A model generated the notes under the pieces. That model worked only from the letters and a program-made list of their open reading frames with translations. It was not told where the DNA came from and searched no databases. 9,543 nt of DNA. Source: a virus (taxonomy: Duplodnaviria; Heunggongvirae; Uroviricota; Caudoviricetes). The stretch is taken from the IMG/VR virus record IMGVR_UViG_2695420728_000007, positions 1 through 9,543 of that record; one strand, given 5' to 3'. The translations under genes and the position numbers were made by a program. Positions 6,872 through 9,543 of this stretch are shown here, one piece after another. The number at the start of each line of letters is the position of its first letter. Position 1 is the first letter of the stretch.

Positions 6872-6981
6872 TACTTAACAGAACTTTTATTTTTGACAAA
6901 CATATAATGTTTTCAACAATATCCTGAGCCAGGTATATTCCAGTATAAGGCTCTGCCGGAAGGAATCTGGAAGAATGAATA

Positions 6982-7058
6982 TGGCGCGCTGTACTGGATT
7001 CGAACCAGTGACCGATTGCTTAGAAGGCAATTGCTCTGTCCGGCTGAGCTAACAACGC
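6982..7058 (-). tRNA. tRNA-Arg (anticodon UCU)
   Basis: 77-nt cloverleaf folded by hand: 7-bp acceptor stem, D arm GCTC/GAGC, perfect anticodon stem ATTGC/GCAAT with loop CTTCTAA, T arm ACTGG/CCAGT with TTCGAAT loop, discriminator G, encoded CCA. Confidence 0.9.
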
Positions 7059-7162
7059 TGAATACCGATAATGGACCGCCATCGGGGACCCGCCCCCCCC
7101 CGCACCAACAACCCTGTTATCGTGTCGTCTGCTCTTCCTGATAAGCTCATGGCGGTTTGTGA

Positions 7163-7238
7163 TGGTGGCCCTTGCTGGATTTGAACCAGCGACCTGGCGA
7201 TTATGAGTCGCTCGCTCTCACCACTGAGCTAAAGGACC
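7163..7238 (-). tRNA. tRNA with CAU anticodon, most likely tRNA-Ile2 (lysidine type, ileX/ileZ-like) rather than tRNA-Met
   Basis: 76-nt cloverleaf: acceptor GGTCCTT / AAGGGCC, anticodon loop CTCATAA, T loop TTCAAAT, encoded CCA. The anticodon arm GCGACTCATAATCGC matches what I recall of E. coli tRNA-Ile2. Stx phages carry an ileZ tRNA at this position. Confidence 0.85.
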
Positions 7239-7273
7239 GGGAGCAGAATAATAACGGTCCGTAATTAATTCCG

Positions 7274-7301
7274 CAATAAAAAACCCGCTCGGTGGCGGGT
7301 T
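7274..7301 (-). terminator. tR'-like intrinsic terminator downstream of the late promoter
   Basis: On the minus strand: AACCCGC CACCGA GCGGGTT followed by TTTTTTATT. The plus strand has no U-tract after the stem. Confidence 0.7.
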
Positions 7302-7348
7302 GTAGAAACTCTTCTAACGTCAGGTATAAAAAGCCCATCTTTATGACG

Positions 7349-7376
7349 AATTTACCACAGATTCCGGAAAAATCAA
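7349..7376 (-). promoter_or_regulatory. Candidate late promoter pR' (Q-utilisation region)
   Basis: On the minus strand: TTGATT (7376-7371), 16-nt spacer, TGGTAAATT extended -10 (-10 hexamer at 7354-7349). Lies just after the Q stop and about 50 nt before the terminator above, as in lambdoid pR'/tR'. Confidence 0.4.
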
Positions 7377-7381
7377 CCTTG

Positions 7382-8203
7382 TTACCTAGTTACCTTTTTT
7401 AACTGCCGCTCAGCCCATGCTTCTTCAATATCAAACCGGGTCACCAGCGCATCATAGAATTTCTTAACTGTTTTTTCCCATGACGCGCGTGTTATCTGGT
7501 TTGTCACCTCGCATATAGCATTAAATGCCTCCGTTGATGGTAGTCTTTCATAGCCACGACCACCACAACGCTGGCAGTCTCTGATAACAGGCATACCACG
7601 TTTTACCGACTCTTCACGGTGAATGGCGACACCACGCCCACGGCAATCCTTACAGACGGTGGAAACCTCACCCTTTCCGCCACACTCCGGACAGGCAACT
7701 TTTACCACCTCCCTGACTTTTTTCCATTCTTCCCAGTAAGACGGATACACACCTTTCGTACACTTTGCCCATACCGGCGGCTTACCATCCGGATACTGGA
7801 CCTTGTTTGTAAAAACTACGCTTTCAATAAATTTTTCCCCATAGCAACAAGGGCACTGCTTTTTACTCGCTGCGCTGCGGGCATAATCCTCAAAAGCGTA
7901 CGAAGCCATAATGCGCATCACTAACGGTTTTATTTCTGCCGGAAGTTTTCTCAACGCCGCCACACGATCGCACCGACTGAGTGCATAATCTGCCAGTAAT
8001 TCTGTTGCCCGCGCCCTGTCATTCATACTGATGCCCATTTTCCCCAGGAACGCAGAAAACCCCATCTCAGCCCGATTCTGTGTCATGCCCTGCGCGGCCA
8101 TCACATCAGTGATACTCAGCGCATCTTTTGACGTTGAGGCCGATGCATCGGTCAGGCAAGGGGATTTTGGGGAGTAGTATTTCGGTAAATCTTCCAGTTT
8201 CAT
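7382..8203 (-). CDS. Putative late-gene antiterminator Q (large Q class with DnaJ-like CxxCxGxG zinc-finger repeats)
   Basis: 273 aa. ATG at 8203 overlaps the RusA stop as ATGA. Contains CPCC, CPECGGKGE, CKDCRGRG and CQRCGGRG. Immediately upstream of the pR'/tR'/tRNA module. The call rests mainly on position; family unverified. Confidence 0.55.
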   Translation of the reverse strand: MKLEDLPKYYSPKSPCLTDASASTSKDALSITDVMAAQGMTQNRAEMGFSAFLGKMGISMNDRARATELLADYALSRCDRVAALRKLPAEIKPLVMRIMASYAFEDYARSAASKKQCPCCYGEKFIESVVFTNKVQYPDGKPPVWAKCTKGVYPSYWEEWKKVREVVKVACPECGGKGEVSTVCKDCRGRGVAIHREESVKRGMPVIRDCQRCGGRGYERLPSTEAFNAICEVTNQITRASWEKTVKKFYDALVTRFDIEEAWAERQLKKVTR

Positions 8204-8574
8204 TTTTTGACCTGCTCTTCATGCATTATGGGGTAAATCTTCACCCCCAGACGTCCACCAGATACTGGCTGACCACGAACGATATTGATTTCATCAAACT
8301 GCTCATCGTCCATTAACACTCCCGCATGCGTCAGCGCATCCAGCGGTGCTTTCAGGATATTGTCCAGGTCGCGACGACGCTTATCCGGTGGCTCTGCAAT
8401 CACCTTTATCGCCAGCCTTCCGGACAGGCTTAATTTCAGCCGCTGCTGGCGAACAATAAGCGCCACAGCCCGGCGATAACGCTTTCCCTCCTCCGAGATA
8501 AAATATGTGCTGCCACGGCGTCGCCAGTAAGTGTTCACCGTCGGCGGGTAAGGTAAAACCAAATCTATGAGCAT
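8200..8574 (-). CDS. rusA: RusA Holliday-junction resolvase
   Basis: 124 aa from ATG at 8574 with AAGAGG 6 nt upstream (the track starts at GTG 8577). MLIDLVLPYPPTVNTYW...PDKRRRDLDNILKAPLDALTHAGVLMDDEQ matches the conserved RusA core including the catalytic DxD-containing RRDLDN segment. Confidence 0.85.
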   Translation of the reverse strand: MLIDLVLPYPPTVNTYWRRRGSTYFISEEGKRYRRAVALIVRQQRLKLSLSGRLAIKVIAEPPDKRRRDLDNILKAPLDALTHAGVLMDDEQFDEINIVRGQPVSGGRLGVKIYPIMHEEQVKK

Positions 8575-8586
8575 CACTCACCTCTT

Positions 8587-9393
8587 TTACCCAAACACGC
8601 CAGTTGCAAAGGCGTGATCAAGAAAACGAAAAATTAAATCAACCTGAGAACCATGCTTTTCTTCGAACGCCAGAGGATCCGCATGAAGCTCGTTGTGATG
8701 CTCCCGACACAGCGGTAGCGTGAAAATATCGTGAGATTTTGTCCCCATTCCGCCCTGACCATGACCAATCAGGTGATGGGGATCGTCGGCTGGCTTACCA
8801 CAACACGCACACGGCTGTGTCTTCACCCAGCGTGTGTATTTCTCGTTAACCCAGCGGCGACGTTTAGGTCGTTTCATGAAAGATTCCGGAGACTCAGGAT
8901 CAACGGCAATGCTGACCACCGTCTTTTCCTGTGGTGGGTTCTGTTGCTGGTGGGCGTGAGGCAGCGGCGCAAGATTTTTTGTGCGCTGTTTCAGTATGCT
9001 GGTGGCGGTCTGCTCTCCCGGTACGATGTCGCTTTCACGGTACATTGAGCGGATTTTTTCCGCACGCAACCCCAGCGAACGACGTAATACCGCTTCCGGT
9101 AGCGCGTCCGCCACCTGATTGCGGACCGCCCACCAGGATAATTCAGCCAGAGATAATTCACGCTCCTGCGTACCGCTTATTGCGTGACCGATGACGTCAA
9201 TCATCCATGCTGACAGATTTTGATGAGCAAGTTGCTCGAGTGATTCGGATGTCTGGTCACGCAGCTGGTTGTCGCAGTGCCAGCACAACACCATTGCGCC
9301 GGTACCATAACGGTGAATAACGGTTTCGCTGTGATGATAATCGCCGTGTGGCCACTGGCAGGATTTAATATGGCGCAACAGCCAGTCAGACAA
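8587..9393 (-). CDS. DUF968-like phage protein with C-terminal Cys/His (HNH-like) motif
   Basis: 268 aa. The first codon at 9393 is TTG, so the true start is uncertain. C-terminus PCACCGKPADDPHHLIGHGQGG...LPLCREHHNELH. Positioned just upstream of rusA as in several E. coli prophages. Confidence 0.55.
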   Translation of the reverse strand: MSDWLLRHIKSCQWPHGDYHHSETVIHRYGTGAMVLCWHCDNQLRDQTSESLEQLAHQNLSAWMIDVIGHAISGTQERELSLAELSWWAVRNQVADALPEAVLRRSLGLRAEKIRSMYRESDIVPGEQTATSILKQRTKNLAPLPHAHQQQNPPQEKTVVSIAVDPESPESFMKRPKRRRWVNEKYTRWVKTQPCACCGKPADDPHHLIGHGQGGMGTKSHDIFTLPLCREHHNELHADPLAFEEKHGSQVDLIFRFLDHAFATGVFG

Positions 9394-9471
9394 TGCACCA
9401 GCACCACCAGCAGCACGAATTACCCGTGCGTTACTGAAAAAGTAAGCGACTCGTCAGAACCGTATTGATAT

Positions 9472-9543
9472 TTACTGAGAGCTCAGATCAACTTTCCAGG
9501 GCAACAGATCGCGTACCCGGTTTGCCGGCCAGTCCTGGATATG
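9472..9543 (-). CDS. 3' end of an upstream minus-strand ORF entering from the window edge (partial)
   Basis: Open frame from 9543 down to TAA at 9474-9472, reading ...HIQDWPANRVRDLLPWKVDLSSQ. Too short to identify; coding status not established. Confidence 0.2.
   Translation of the reverse strand, partial: HIQDWPANRVRDLLPWKVDLSSQ

Noticed and set aside
6893-6908. Perfect TTGACA and TATAAT hexamers on the plus strand
   Set aside because: They are separated by only 4 bp, so cannot act together as a sigma70 promoter; the AT-rich region probably does hold a promoter (likely minus-strand, for the cargo ORF) but I cannot place it confidently.
7619-8581. ORFs 7619..7924 (plus), 8128..8316 (plus), 8285..8479 (plus) and 8381..8581 (minus) overlapping Q and rusA
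   Set aside because: Antisense or alternative-frame overlaps of two well-supported, translationally coupled genes.
8731-9468. ORFs 8731..9048, 8931..9194, 9277..9468 (plus) and 9201..9416 (minus) overlapping the DUF968-like gene
   Set aside because: Shadow frames with Arg/Cys/Thr-rich composition and no start signals.
1-9543. Shiga toxin genes, CRISPR arrays, IS elements or integrase/att sites
   Set aside because: Looked for but not seen: no stxA/stxB-like ORFs in the cargo slot, no regularly spaced direct repeats, no transposase-like ORFs or terminal inverted repeats, and no integrase in this window.

Overview
This window reads as the late-regulatory, lysis and packaging-proximal segment of a lambdoid prophage from an enterobacterium (E. 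coli/Shigella-like sequence), with almost all genes on the minus strand. All family assignments come from reading the translated ORFs by eye; no database search, HMM or folding program was run. Reading the minus strand from high to low coordinates: a partial upstream ORF, a DUF968-like protein, RusA resolvase, a large Cys-rich Q-type antiterminator candidate, a pR'-like promoter with tR'-like terminator, two tRNAs (Ile2-like CAU and Arg UCU), a roughly 1.5 kb cargo slot, a NanS-p-like sialate O-acetylesterase, an intrinsic terminator, a pinholin / DUF1327 / SAR-endolysin lysis cassette, a 0.64 kb insert with small hydrophobic ORFs, Rz/Rz1 spanins, a translationally coupled 74-aa ORF, a divergent small RHH-like gene, and an HNH endonuclease beside the presumed cos/terminase junction. 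The layout matches Shiga-toxin phages but no stx genes are present. The two places most worth a second look are the cargo slot (about 5490-6980), whose orphan ORFs are rich in exactly the rare codons read by the adjacent phage tRNAs, and the insert that splits the lysis cassette (about 1660-2300).
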